Positions 1 to 12,305 of a stretch of 64,000 bases of DNA are shown here, one piece after another. The notes beneath the pieces were generated by a model. It saw only the letters and a program-made list of their open reading frames with translations, searched no databases and was not told the DNA's origin. Location of the stretch: the NCBI RefSeq assembly GCF_032191835.1, contig NC_083237.1, positions 5,332,001 to 5,396,000 of the forward strand. Direction: 5' to 3'. The stretch is from Heteronotia binoei. Lineage: Eukaryota. How positions within the stretch are numbered: position 1 is the stretch's first letter; every line of letters starts with the position of its first letter. Position numbers and translations under genes: made by a program.

Positions 1-1084
1 ATGTTGGATCAGGCCAGTGGCCCCTCCAGTCCAACACTCTGTCACATAAGAACATAAGAGAAGCCATATTGGATCAGGCCAAAGGCCCATCCAGTCTAAC
101 ACTCCAGGACAGTAGAAGCCCTCCCACTGTGCCCCCCCTCAAGCACCAAGAATACAGAGCATCACTGCCCCAGACAGAGCCACTGATGGACCTCTGCTCC
201 TTATGCTTATCCGATCCCCTTTTGAAGCTGGCTATTCTTGCAGCCAAACGGTGCCTGTTCCGTTGCTCTCTTCCTTTGCCAGCTGCCCTTTTCATGGCTC
301 GGGAGCCCAAAATCCTTCCTTCTTAAGGGCCATCTCCTGTTCATACCCGCTCCTAGCGAGACAGCTGTACTTGGAGCCGCAGAACTCGAGTTCTCCATGC
401 CTATATCCAGTTCCGCAGCCCTCTTCGTCTCTTTGTTTTGAGCGCCTTTTAAAAGGCTTGGGTGCTCTCACCTAGAATCGCTTTTCAGGGAACCTGAAGG
501 TACAAGGAAATATTCTAAAAGCCCTCTCCCCCTCCACTTTTTACTTCCAGGAAGGGGGACGGGCAGAATAAGTTCCGGTTCCTTCTCCCCCCTCCTGTCT
601 TTTGTTCTTTTTTAAAAAAATCCACTCCAGGTTTTGTGGTGTCTTGCAGACACAGGGCGCCAGCTCTGCGTTTTCCTCCTCCTGCCTCATACCTGATGTA
701 CCTTCAGCCCGTTAGCTGTACCTGTGCAACATCACCCCTTCTCCTTTGGAGGTGGTGGAAAGCGACATCAAGTTGGAGCCGAGCTGACGGCCCCCTCCCC
801 CCCGGGGGTTTCAAGGCAGGAGACGTTCAGAGGCGATCGGCCACTGCCGGCCTCCGCGGAGCAGTTCTGGACTTCCCGGGTAGTCTCCAAAACTCCCTCT
901 TAAGCTGCGGAGTCTTGTGAGCAAAAATTGTACTTTGTGAGCTGCCAGCATGGAAGCCGTCAGCTGCCGCATCCCTTAGTTTGTCCCCGGGGGCCATTTT
1001 TCCTGAGGGAAGACAAAAATCGCTGCGCCAGAAGCTTAAAAAAAGAAGACACACTAGCTCTCACTAGCTCAGCTTAGGGGGAAC

Positions 1085-1165
1085 CCTGGTGGTCTCCCAT
1101 CCAAGTATGAGCCAGAGTCGCCCCTAACAAGCTTCCGACCTCTGGCAAGACCGGCCTATCCTGAG
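1085..1165 (-). mobile_element. 5S rRNA-derived fragment (SINE3-type head or 5S pseudogene)
   Basis: GGTCTCCCATCCAAGTA is the exact reverse complement of the 5S internal control region; flanks align loosely to 5S. Confidence 0.6.
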
Positions 1166-1787
1166 GCATCCAAGTCAGGGCGACAGGTTACCCGTTGGCC
1201 AGGAATTGAACCCAGGTCCGCTGCTCGGAAGGTGGCAGCGCTCATCGCTGTACCAGCAGCGCAGCCCATGCTTTAACAATTATCGAAGTCTTTGCACTCG
1301 GCTTGAGCTGCTACGTGCCTTGCCTGATGTTCAACCACACACCGCTTAAGCCCGAGGAACGTTCAGTGCGAACCAGGCATCCAGCCCCACCCACCCGCCC
1401 CCTGCACCGTGCTGGGAAACGTCTGGTCCCGCAGCAGGCTTTGAGATTCTTTCTCCTCCTGCCCCAGAGGGCCAGCCGTTCCCACAGTTGGGAACATTTC
1501 CGGTGGTTGTTGCAGCCCGGTTCTGGTTCCTTATCGAATGCCTTTTTTTTGCTCGAGATAGCATGTTCGTGCAGCGGAGGACAAGTTCAGGAGCTAGGGT
1601 GGCAAATTCCCAGCATGCACCAGGGGGGGGTGACGTCCTGAGTCCAGTGGGGCTGGGCAGTGGTCTGGAATGCTTCGGCAGGCAGGGCGGGGTATAAATT
1701 ACAAATTATTATTGTTGTTGTTGTTGTTATAAAGGGCGACACATGGGTTAAGCCTCCTTCCTTTTTCCCTCCTCTTTCCCCCTGCAG

Positions 1788-2036
1788 ACATCGTCATGAT
1801 GGAAGAGGCAGCCCCCAGCGCCACCCCCCCGGCCCCGCCTCCCAGCGTCACCCCCGATCGGGAGCAGCAGTACCGCAAGGTGGGCCTGACCAAGGAAGTG
1901 CTCTCCGTCCACACCCAGAAGGAGGAGCAGGTCTTCCTCACTCGCTTCAAGGACCTTAGCCAGCTCCACGTCTTCAGCTCCCCCTCGGGCATCAGCTGGC
2001 AGGAGCTGCGCCAGGCGGGGACCCATGCCGAGCGAG
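1788..2036 (+). CDS. PER1: Period circadian protein 1, internal coding exon (upstream exons lie before the window)
   Basis: Pyrimidine tract+CAG acceptor at 1785-1787, GT donor at 2037. Encodes (D)IVMMEE...YRKVGLTKEVLSVHTQKEEQVFL, matching the PER GLTKxVLxxHTQKEEQ motif. Ends phase 1, compatible with the next exon. Confidence 0.93.
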
Positions 2037-2094
2037 GTAAGGGCGGTCCCCGGGGCACGAGGCGAGGGGGCAGACTCCCCTCTTAAAAAGGAAG

Positions 2095-3590
2095 GAGGGA
2101 CGGTGGCTCAGTGGCAGAGCAGCTGCATGGGAAGCAGAAGGTCCCAGGTTCAATCCCCGGCATCTCCAACTAAAAGGGTCCAGGCAAATAGGCGTGAATA
2201 ACCTCAGCTTGAGACCCTGGAGAGCCATGAATGGGGCTATGGCTCAGTGGTAGAGCATCTGCTCGGGAAGCAGAAGGTCCCAGGTTCAACCCCGGCATCT
2301 CCAACTCAAAAGGGTCCAGGCAAATAGGTGTGAAAAACCTCCGCTTGAGACCCTGGATAGCCACTGCTGGTCAGGGGAGGGACGGTGGCTCAGTGGTAGA
2401 GCATCTGCTTGGGAAGCAGAAGGTCCCAGGTTCAATCCCCAGCATCTCCAACTAAAAAGGGTCCGGACAAGTAGGCGTGAATAACCTCAGCTTGAGACCC
2501 TGGAGAGCCATGAATGGGGCTGTGGCTCAGTGGTAGAGCATCTGCTTGGGAAGCAGAGGGTCCCAGGTTCAATCCCTGGCATCTCCAACTAAAAGGGTCC
2601 AGGAAAGTAGGTGATGGAGATGGAGGGGGCTTGGCTCAGTGGTAAGAGCCACCTGCTTGGTAAGCAGAAGGTCCCAGGTTCAATCCCCAGCATCTCCAAC
2701 TAAAAGGGTCCAGGCAAGAAGGCATGAAAAACCTCAGCTGAAGACCCTGGAGAGCCACTGCTGGTCAATGGAGGGACGGTGCCTCAGTGGCAGAGCATCT
2801 GCTTGGTGAGCAGAAGGTCCCAGGTTCAATCCCCAGCATCTCCAACTAAAAAGGGTCCAGGCAACGAGGCATGAAAAACCTCAGCTGGAGATCCTGGAGA
2901 GCCGATTAGACTGAGTAGAGTCTGAGTAGACAGACTTTGATGGATGCAGGGGGTCTGATTCAGTAGAAGGCAAGTTCATATATGTTCATTTGAACCTGGC
3001 TTTAAGGGAGGGATGGTGGCTGAGTGGTAGAGCATCTGCTTGGTAAGCAGAAGGTTCCAGGTTCAATCCCCGGCATCTCCAACAAAAAAGGGTCCAGGCA
3101 AATAGGTGTGAAAAACCTCAGCTTGAGACCCTGGAGAGCCACTGCTGGTCAGGGGAGGGACGGTGGCTCAGTGGTAGAGCGTCTGCCTGGTAAGCAGAAG
3201 GTCCCAGGTTCAATCCCCGGCATCTCCAACAAAAAAGGGTCAGTGGTAGAGCATCTGCTTGGTAAGCAGAGGGTCTCTTCAATCCACTAAAAAAGGGTCC
3301 AGGAAAATAGGCGTGGAAAACCTCAGCTTGAGACCCTGGAGAGCTGCTGCCAGTCTGAGTAGACAAGATTGACTTTGATGGACTGAGTGGAGGGACGGTG
3401 GCTCAGTGGTAGAGGATCTGCCTGGTAAGCAGAAGGTCCTAGGTTCAATCCCCAGCATCTCCAACTAAAAAGGGTCAGTGAAAAACCTCAGCTTGGGACC
3501 CTGGAGAGCCGCTGCCAGTCTGAGTAGACAAGACTGACTTTGATGGACCCAGGATCTGATTCAGTAGAAGGCAGCTTCATATATTCCTAT
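2095..3590 (+). mobile_element. Tandem cluster of about 10 tRNA-derived SINE heads or partial copies (family unnamed here)
   Basis: Repeated GGGACGGTGGCTCAGTGGTAGAGCATCTGC...GGTTCAATCCC (A and B boxes) plus a shared body. Other copies at about 18045-18252 (+), 24415-25015 (-), 52893-53105 (+), 61845-62060 (-). Confidence 0.85.
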
Positions 3591-4243
3591 GTTCAAAATA
3601 TGTGATGCTGCTTCCAGGAATTTAATTCCAAACGCTTTATTGAATGCTCCCCCGCTAAATTTGTGCCCAAGCTCTTAAGGCTTCTTCGTTGGGACCATGT
3701 GACTGTTATAATTTAACATCATAGGACTCTAGGATAACGCAAAATAAAATAAAACTTTTATTTGCCCAATAAGCATATTGGTTTCAAGATGTTTATAGCT
3801 TAATTCTTTAGTGAATAACTTTTGACAGAGGTTTCCCTCTTTCACGTCACACGCTCCTCCCTCTCAAGTCCTCCTTTCTCTTCCTGACTCAACTTTCAGA
3901 CCGCTTCTGTCCCTCGCACTCCTGTAATGCTGTGACCATATTAGGTTTTGTCTCTCTCTTTTGCCCCTGGTACGTCCTCGATAGTATTCTGCTTTTCTTC
4001 TCTAGAACCTTAATGCCTTTCACAGCACTAATACGGGATTCTAATCAAAAGTTTGTTTCTCGGGCTCTGCAGAATGCTGACTGACCACGATTGACTAAAA
4101 CTGTGGCCATTTTGCTGAGAGTTCACTGCTGACCTTTCTCTCTCTCCCCCACACACATACTTTTGATCTCTGCCCACGCTCAATCACCAACCAATCGCCT
4201 CACTCCCTCATCCCGCCTCTTCCAGGCCCCCTTTCTCTATAGC

Positions 4244-4907
4244 AGCGGGTGGCCAAACTTGCTTAACATTAGAGCCACATAGAATAAACGTCAGATGTTT
4301 GAGAAGAAGATATTGGATTTATATCCCGCCCTCCACTCCTAAGAGTCGCAGAGCGGCTCACAATCTCCTTTATCTCCCTCCCCCACAACAGACACCCTGT
4401 GAGGTAGATGAAGATATTGGATTTATATCCCGCCCTCCACTCCGAAGAGTCTCAGAGTGGCTCACAATCTCCTTTATCTCCCTCCCCCACAACAGACACC
4501 CTGTGAGGTGGGTGGGGCTGAGAGGGCTCTCACAGCAGCTGCCCTTTCAAGGACAACCTCTGCCAGAGCTACGGCTGACCCAAGGCCGTTCCAGCAGGTG
4601 CAAGTGGAGGAGTGGGGAATCCAACCCGCTTCTCCCAGATAAGAGTCTGCACACTTAACCACTGCACCAAACTGAGAGCCTCAGGACTCGAATGTCAGAC
4701 ATTTGAGAGCGGAAAGGATTGGAGGGAGAAGGGAGAGAAAGAGGTGGACAGAAAGCAACTTGAAATGCATCCTCCAAGCTGCACCCTGGCTTGGCTTGGA
4801 GAAGTGATTTAAAGAGAGAACTGCCTTCTCCAAGCCAGCCAGTGGGGTTGTGGGGACTTCGAGAGCCGCACCGTATGTGGGAGACAGCCACGGTTTGGCC
4901 ACCCCTG
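4244..4907. mobile_element. hAT-like MITE (TIR CAGGGGTGGCCAAAC) interrupted by a Squam3-like SINE at about 4305-4675
   Basis: GGGTGGCCAAACTTGC ... GTTTGGCCACCCCTG ends. Related copies near 28810-29085, 33150-33420, 42684-43035, 53488-53700, 60418-60678. Confidence 0.65.
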
Positions 4908-5020
4908 TTCTGTAGTAACTTGCCGGCAATTAAAGGAAACACACGTGCATCATTCCAAATCATGACAGTCCGCTGTCTTCCCTCACTGTTTCCCTCACGG
5001 TCTCCCTCCTTTTCCCCCAG

Positions 5021-5745
5021 GGCACAAAGGCCCACGCCAGGGAGCTCGGGGTCCCGGCTGCCGCGGCCGCAGCAGGAAGTCGAAGGCCAAGCGCGTCAAG
5101 CAGAACAAGTCGTCGGACAGCAGCAGCTCCCCGCAGAACTCGACCGCCCCGCCTCAGGCCCCGGCCGCTCCCTCCTGGCCTCTCTCGGGCCACTCCCAAG
5201 CCAGCCTGCCCGCCATGCCGTACCCGGCCGTCGTGCCCACCTACCCCATCCCCGTCTTTCCCCCCCGGCCCAGCGCCTCCCCCTCCACGGAGCCCTCCCA
5301 GAACACGCTCCCTACCGCTCAGTTCCCCCCACCCCTGGTCACTCCCATGGTCGCCTTGGTCTTGCCCAACTACGTGTTCCCCCAGATGAACAGCCCCCTG
5401 GCCCAGTCTTACTTCCCCAGCGGGCCCGTGTTCCCCTTCGCCCCCCAGCCGGGCAGCATGCCCATGCCAGGTCCTGAGGCGGGCACTCAGGCGCCCTCCC
5501 GCTCCTCCACCCCGCACTCCATGAGCCAGCCCGAGCGGGCCGAGTCCCCGCTCTTCGAGTCGCGCTGCAGCTCCCCGCTGCAACTCAACCTGCTGCAGAT
5601 GGAGGAGATGCCCAAGCCCTGCGACCGCCCCGAAGCAGTCGGCGGCAGCCAAGCGGGGCCAGCCGGGACCGCAAGCGACTGGGCCGGCGTCTCCAACGGG
5701 CAAGGCCTAGCGAGCGAGCTCAGCACGCAGAAAGAAACATGCATG
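5021..5745 (+). CDS. PER1: PER1 large proline-rich coding exon
   Basis: TTTCCCCCAG acceptor, GTAAGT donor at 5746. Encodes RSRKSKAKRVK (NLS-like), LVTPMVALVLPNY (PER1-type) and SPLFESRCSSPLQLNLLQ. 725 nt, phases 1 to 0. Confidence 0.95.
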
Positions 5746-5747
5746 GT

Positions 5748-6577
5748 AAGTCCTTTTCTCCCTTTCTCGCAATACGAGAACTCCTGGGCGCTCCGTGGAA
5801 TTGCTGAGCAGTCGGGTTAGAACGGATCAAAGGAAGTCCTTCTTCACCCAAAGGGTGATTAACATGTGGAATTCACTGCCACAGGAGGTGGTGGCAGCTA
5901 CAAGCATAGACAGCTTCAAGAGGGGATTGGATAAAAATACGGAGCAGAGGTCCATCAGCGGCTATTAGCCACAAGGTCTAGATGGATCTCTCTTTCTGGG
6001 GCAGGGATGCTCTGTATTCTTGGTGCTTGCGGGGGGGGCACAGTGGGAGGACTTCTAGTGTCCTGGCCCCACTGATGGACCTCCTGGTGGCACCTGGGTT
6101 TTTTGGCCACTGTGTGACACAGTGTTGGACTGGAGGGGCCACTGGCCTGATCCAACATGGCTTCTCTGATGTTCTTATGTGACACAGAGTGTTGGACTGG
6201 ATGGGCCATTGGCCTGATCCAACATGGCTTCTCTTATGTTCTTTTGTGACACAGAGTGCTGGACTGGATGGGCCATTGGCCTGATCCAACAGGGCTTCTC
6301 TTATGTTCTTATGTGACACAGAGTGTTGGACTGGAGGGGCCACTGGCCTGATCTAACATGGCTTCTCTTATGTTTTTATGTGACACAGAGTGTTGGACTG
6401 GATGGGCCACTGGCCTGATCCAACATGGCTTCTCTTCTGTTCTTATGTGACACAGAGTGTTGGACTGGATGGGCCATTGGCCTGATCCAGCATGGCTTCT
6501 CTGATGTTCTTATGTGACACAGAGTGTTGGACTGGATGGGCCATTGGCCTGATCCAACATGGCTTCTCTTGTGTTCT
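5748..6577 (+). mobile_element. CR1 LINE 3' end followed by a tandem array of its about 62-bp terminal segment
   Basis: FFTQRVINMWNSLPQEVV..SFKRGLD-type ORF2 C-terminus, then repeated GTGTTGGACTGGATGGGCCATTGGCCTGATCCAACATGGCTTCTCTTATGTTCTTATG. Same subfamily at about 1-250 (-), 18290-19040 (-), 29210-29600, 51410-51800, 53103-53475 (-), 60690-61185 (-), 62565-63385. Confidence 0.85.
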
Positions 6578-6805
6578 TAAGCCCTGCCTGCCTGGGCCTG
6601 AAAGCACTCCCAGGGACATCTGGTTTCCCCCCTGCTAGCTGTGGAGAGCTGCCCAGAGTCTCCCCCCTCCCCCATTTGAAACTAGGAGCCATCAAGGGAT
6701 GCTGCTGCTTCCAAGGGCCTCGTGAACTGTGTTTTCCTGCTGCGTTGTTGTCTCCACCCGGGATCCTGCTCTAACTGCCTCCTCCTGCCTCTTGTCCCCT
6801 CGCAG

Positions 6806-6986
6806 GTGGAAGCGCACGACTCTTCCAACAACGACGCCCTGTCCAGTTCCAGTGACCTCCTGGACCTGCTGCTGCAGGAGGACTCGCGCTCCGGGACGGG
6901 GTCCGCGGCTTCCGGTAGCGGCTCTGCCGCCTCGGGCTCGATGGGCTCCGGATCCAACGGGGGCAGCACGTCCGCCAGCGGCACGA
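6806..6986 (+). CDS. PER1: PER1 coding exon
   Basis: CGCAG acceptor, GTAAGT donor. Encodes VEAHDSSNNDALSSSSDLLDLLLQEDSRSGTGSAASGS...; 181 nt. Confidence 0.95.
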
Positions 6987-7831
6987 GTAAGTCGCAACCC
7001 CCGCCTTTCTCCTAAGGGGCCAAGGGGAGCGAGTTTGGCCCGCTTGGCTTAACCAGGTTCCGTTTCTGAATAGCGGTGGTGTGATTGAAGCTTGAGCTGC
7101 CGGAGCAGCTGAGGTGTGATTTCCCCTGACAGTACAGGCGTTTTCCCAACCCCATGTAACAAAACAGCCAAAATTAGAAACAGTGATTGGCAATCGAGGC
7201 CTGGTGCTTTGCAGCCAGTGGTTCCACCCTCGCAACGGAAGGTGGCAAATCCAGGGGTGGTCACTCATGAGCCCTGGGGTGGGCTCAGGAGATGTGAACC
7301 AGCCTGGGGGTGGGGCAGAGCCATCCCGAAAAGGATCCTGCCCGTTGCTCAAACAACCAGAATCGCTGTGCTGAAGAGTGGGAGCTACCCCGGATCCCCC
7401 GGGGCCTGCCGTTGTCAGCTGTGGCCTTGGTGAAGCGAGAGACCCTCTTCTTTTAGCAAGAGATAACTCCCTTGTGGTGCCCAGTGGTCCCTCTAGCCAC
7501 GTCCCTGCGAGGAGGCCAGTCTTAGGAACTGACTACCAGGGCACTTTAAGACTAATCTCAAGAGAGAGGCCGAGCTCTTTTCACCTTCCCCCAAGGTTGC
7601 TGCCACCAGACTGGTATTTTCCAGGGCCCAACCCAACCCTGTTTCCCCTGAAGGATCAACAACTTCCAAATGACCAAAGAGAAGCTTATGGGATTCACAC
7701 TCCCTTCTGAGTAGGGCTGAAAGGCACTAGTCCAGGGGTGGCCAACGGTAGCTCTCCAGATGTTTTTTTTGCCTACAACTCCCATCAGCCCCAGCCAGCA
7801 TGGCCAATGGCTGGGGCTGATGGGAGTTATA

Positions 7832-8418
7832 GAAGAAGATGATATTGGATTTATATCCCGCCCTCCACTCCAAAGAGTCTCAGAGGGGCTCACAATCTCC
7901 TTTCCCTTCCTCCCCCACAACAGACACCCTGTGAGGTAAATGAAGATATTGGATTTATATCCCGCCCTCCACTCCAAAGAGTCTCAGAGCGGCTCACAAT
8001 CTCCTTTCCCTTCCTCCCCCACAACAGACACCCTGTGAGGTAAATGAAGATATTGGATTTATATCCCGCCCTCCACTCCAAAGAGTCTCAGAGGGGCTCA
8101 CAATCTCCTTTCCCTTCCTCCCCCACAACAGACACCCTGTGAGGTAGATGAAGATAGTGGATTTATATCCCGCCCTCCACTCCACAGAGTCTCAGAGGGG
8201 CTCACCATCTCCTTTACCTTCCCCCCCCCCCACAACAGACACACTGTGAGGTGGGTGGGGCTGAGAGGGCTCTCACAGCAGCTGCCCTTTCAAGGACAAC
8301 CTCTGCCAGAGCTTTGGCTGACCCAGGGCCATTCCAGCAGGTGCAAGTGGAGGAGTGGGGAATCGAACCTGGTTCTCCCAGATAAGAGTCCGTGCACTTA
8401 ACCACTACACCAAACTAG
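7832..8418 (-). mobile_element. Squam3-like tRNA-derived SINE with tandemly repeated about 104-bp 3' segments
   Basis: Head ..CCAGTTTGGTGTAGTGGTTAAG.. and tail ..GATATAAATCCAATATCTTC. Other copies at about 10445-10900, 20040-20835, 22420-22690, 26075-26700, 34260-34968, 36222-36625, 37738-38112, 41225-41508, 45225-46294, 59265-59770. Confidence 0.8.
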
Positions 8419-8874
8419 GCAAAAAAACCCATCTGGAGAGCTACCATTGGTGACCCCTGTGTGACTAGTCCCTTCTGCAAGCCACTGAACCAAACAAAAG
8501 GTTAAAACAGAATTTATTCTGACAGTACAGGTATTTCCCCAACCCCTTGTAACAAAACCGCCAAAAGCTTTCAAAGCCATCTAGTTACCTTGACCCTCAA
8601 GCCAATTGTAGAGAGCTAAAAGGTTCAGAGTTCCGCAGGCACTCCCTTCTGGGACGGTCCGGCCAAATCCGCCAGAGTTCCCAATATGAAGACTGAAACC
8701 AGGAGGTTTCTAGCCCACCAGCCTGTAATTGGCAGTCGAGGCCTGATGCCTTTCAGCCGGTGGTTCCGCTCTTGCAGCGGAAGGTGGGAAATCCTGTTGA
8801 ACTTCGGTCACTCGAGCTTAACCCTGGCACTACACCCCTGCTTTCTTGGGGGTTTTAAACTGAGGGCGGGGCGC

Positions 8875-9790
8875 TTTTTTTTGTAGCAGTGACTCCTTTG
8901 CCAATCCCCGATGTAGCCAATCCTCCAAGAGCTTCCAGGGCTCTTCTTGCCTACTGTAAGCTCCAGGAGGACTGGCTACATCAAGGGGGCGTGGCCTAAT
9001 AGGCAAAGGAGGAGTTCCTGCTACAAAAGAAGCCCTGTATTTGTGTATTAGGCCACACACCCCTGATGTAGCCAATCCTCCAAGAGCTTGGAATTCTAGC
9101 AGGGGCTCCTTTGCATATTAGGCCACACACCCCTGATGTAGCCAGTCCTCCAAGAGCTTGGAATTCTAGCAGGGGCTCCTTTGCATATTAGGCCACACAC
9201 CCCTGATGTAGCCAATCGTCCAAGAGCTTGGAATTCTAGCAGGAGCTCCTTTGCATATTAGGCCACACACCCCTGATGTAGCCAATGCTCCAAGAGCTTC
9301 CAGGGCTCTTCTTGCCTACTCTAAGCTCCAGGAGGATTGGCTACATGAAGAGGGCATGGCCTAATAGGCAAAGGAGGAGTTCCTGCTACAAAAGAAGCCC
9401 TGCATTTGCATATTAAGCCACACCCCCTGATGTAGCCAGCCCTCCAAGAGCTTGGAATTCTAGCAGGGGCTCCTTTGCATATTAGGCCCCACCCCCCAAT
9501 GTAGCCAATCCTCCAAGAGCTTCCAGGGCTCTTCTTACAGGGCCTACTGTAAGCTCCAGGAGGACTGGCTACATCAGGGGGCGTGGCCTAATAGGCAAAG
9601 GAGGCGTTCCTGCTACAAAAGAAGCCTTGTATTTGTGTATTAGGCCACACCCCCTGATGTAGCCAATCCTCCAAGAGCTTTCAGGGATCTTCGTACAGGG
9701 CTCCCTGTAAGCTCCAGGAGGACTGGCTACATCAGGGGGCGTGGCCTAATAGGCAAAGGAGGAGCTCCTGCTGCAAAAGAAGCCCTGCCT
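8875..9790. repeat. MITE-derived tandem array in a PER1 intron
   Basis: Repeated TGCATATTAGGCCACACACCCCTGATGTAGCCAATCCTCCAAGAGC units of about 60-70 bp plus GGAGTTCCTGCTACAAAAGAAGCCCTG ends; a related copy near 36890-37010. Confidence 0.8.
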
Positions 9791-9865
9791 GGGGGTGATG
9801 CACACGCTCCGGCTTCCTCGTTCTCACGGGGCCTCTCGCTTCTCTCTCCTCCCGGCTCCCTCCAG

Positions 9866-10061
9866 CCAGCAGCAAGAGCAGCAACACCAGCAAGTACTTC
9901 GGCAGCATCGACTCCTCGGAGAACGACCTGCGGGGCAAGAAGCGGGCTGAGGCGGCGGACGACAACGAGCACTTCATGAAGTACGTCCTGCAGGACCCTA
10001 TCTGGCTGCTGATGGCCAACACCGACGACAAAGTCATGATGTCCTACCAGCTGCCCACCAG
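9866..10061 (+). CDS. PER1: PER1 coding exon (Period C-terminal domain)
   Basis: TCCAG acceptor, GTGAG donor. Encodes TSKYFGSIDSSE...KYVLQDPIWLLMANTDDKVMMSYQLP; 196 nt, frame continuous with neighbours. Confidence 0.95.
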
Positions 10062-11254
10062 GTGAGGAGGCCGGGCTGCCTCGGGAGGTGGGGGCTGGGG
10101 GGGGGGGAGGCTCCTCCTCGGGAGGTTTTGAAGCAGAGGCCGGATGGTCGCCTGACAGCAAGGCTGATTCCGTGGAGAAGGAGGGCAGGAAGGGCTGCAT
10201 CAGGACTTAGTTCTCGTGGCTTCTTCTCACACACCCAGGGAAATGCTGCTGGCCGCTTCGTGGTGTCAGTCAGCAATTTTTCTCCAGGCTGGTTTGGCAA
10301 GGGATCCTGGAGGTTTTTTTTTTTTTTTTTGCCATCTTCTGGGCACGAAGCAGGAAGACATGGGGAGTCGTTTGTGACTTTCTTGCATTGTGCAAGGGTT
10401 GGACTAGATGCCCCTGGAGGTCCTTTCCAACTCTATGCTTCCAGCCAGTTTGGTGTAAGTGGTGAAGTGTGTGGACTCTTTTCTGGGAGAACCGGGTTTT
10501 ATTCCCCCCTCTTCCACTTGCACCTACTGGCATGGCCTTGGCTCAGCCAGAGCTCTTGCTAAGTAGTTAAGTGCAGACTCTTATCTGGGAGAACCGGGTT
10601 TGATTCCCCACTCCTCCACTTGCAGCTGCTGGCATGGCCTTGGGTCAGCCAGAGCTCTCTTATCTGGGAGAACCGGGTTTGATTCCCCACTCCTCCACTT
10701 GCACCTGCTGGAATGGCCTTGGGTCAGCCAGAGCTCTGGCAGAGGTTGTCCTTGAAAGGGCAGCTTCTGTCAGAGCTCTCTCAGTCCCCCCCCCCCACCT
10801 CAAAGGGTGTCCGTTGTGGGGGGAGAAGATATGGGAGATTGTAAGCCACTCTGAGTCTCTGATTCAGAGAGAAGGGCAGGGTATAAATCTGCAGTCTTCT
10901 TCTCCCTCCTCCTCCTCACTTAAAAGAGTTAATATGCATTGAAAAAGTTTTGGGGTTTGACCTTAACCAGCTTACCTGTAGGATTTCTTTTATTTTTCAA
11001 AAAAAAAAAATTCAAGTGCTCTTTTGTTTTTCCTATAATTTTTTTAATTAAAAAACCCCCAAAGTCCCTAAAATAGACCCGGATGTGGAGTATGAGTCCT
11101 GCATCCAGTCACCCCCTTTCTCCACCTTCTCTGACACAGCCTGGGGGTGTCCTTGTTCCATAAGCCCCACCTCCTTCCCCCAAGGTCTGCTGCCCCTCCT
11201 TGGAGCCCATGCCTGGCCCCTCCTGATGGCACCTGGTGCTTTTTGGCCGTTGTG

Positions 11255-12305
11255 TGACACAGAGTCTTGGACTGGATGGGCCTTTGGCCTATTCAACATG
11301 GCTTCTCTTATGTTCTTCTGTGACACAGTGTTGGACTGGATGGGCCATTGGCCTGATCCAACATGGCTTCTCTTATGTTCTTCTGTGACACAGAGTGTTG
11401 GACTGGATGGGCCTTTGGCCTGATCCAACATGGCTTCTCTTATGTTCTTCTGTGACACACAGTGTTGGACTGGATGGGCCATTGGCCTGATCCAACATGG
11501 CTACTCTTATGTGACACAGAGTGTTGGGCTGGATGGGCCATTGGCCTGATCCAACATGGCTTCTCTTCTGTTCTTATGTGACACAGAGTGTTGGACTGAA
11601 TGGGCCATTGGCCTGATCCAACATGGCTTCTCTTATGTTCTTATGTGACACAGAGTGTTGGACTGGATGGGCCGTTGGCCTGATCCAACCTGGCTTCTCT
11701 TATGTTCTTATGTGACACAGAGTGTTGGACTGGAGGGGCCATTGGCCTGATCCAACACGGTTCCTCTTATGTTCTTATGTGACACAGAGTGTTGGACTGG
11801 ATGGGCCATTGGCCTGATCCAACATGGCTTCTCTTATGTTCTTATGTGACACAGAGTGTTGGACTGGAGGGGCCATTGGCCTGATCCAACATGGCTTCTC
11901 TTATGTTCTTCTGTGACACACAGTGTTGGACTGGATGGGCCATTGGCCTGATCCAACATGGCTACTCTTATGTGACACAGAGTGTTGGGCTGGATGGGCC
12001 ATTGGCCTGATCCAACATGGCTTCTCTTCTGTTCTTATGTGACACAGAGTGTTGGACTGGATGGGCCGTTGGCCTGATCCAACCTGGCTTCTCTTATGTT
12101 CTTATGTGACACAGAGTGTTGGACTGGAGGGGCCATTGGCCTGATCCAACACGGTTCCTCTTATGTTCTTATGTGACACAGAGTGTTGGACTGGATGGGC
12201 CATTGGCCTGATCCAACATGGCTTCTCTTATGTTCTTATGTGACACAGAGTGTTGGACTGGAGGGGCCATTGGCCTGATCCAACATGGCTTCTCTTATGT
12301 TCTTC
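11255..12305 (+). repeat. CR1-3'-end minisatellite, about 17 units
   Basis: About 55-62 bp units GACACAGAGTGTTGGACTGGATGGGCCATTGGCCTGATCCAACATGGCTTCTCTTATGTTCTTATGT ending about 20 nt before the PER1 acceptor at 12326. Confidence 0.92.

Noticed and set aside
2097-2170. tRNA-like sequences with A and B boxes repeated through 2095-3590 and elsewhere
   Set aside because: No proper acceptor stem, and each continues into a shared SINE body; these are SINE heads, not tRNA genes.
4960-5703. Long antisense and alternate-frame ORFs over the PER1 exon (also over H1, H3, H4 and the RT ORF)
   Set aside because: Expected by-products of GC-rich coding sequence; no recognisable domains.
11255-12305. CRISPR-like appearance of regularly spaced repeats
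   Set aside because: Eukaryotic locus; units are contiguous CR1 3' ends with no unique spacers and no cas genes.
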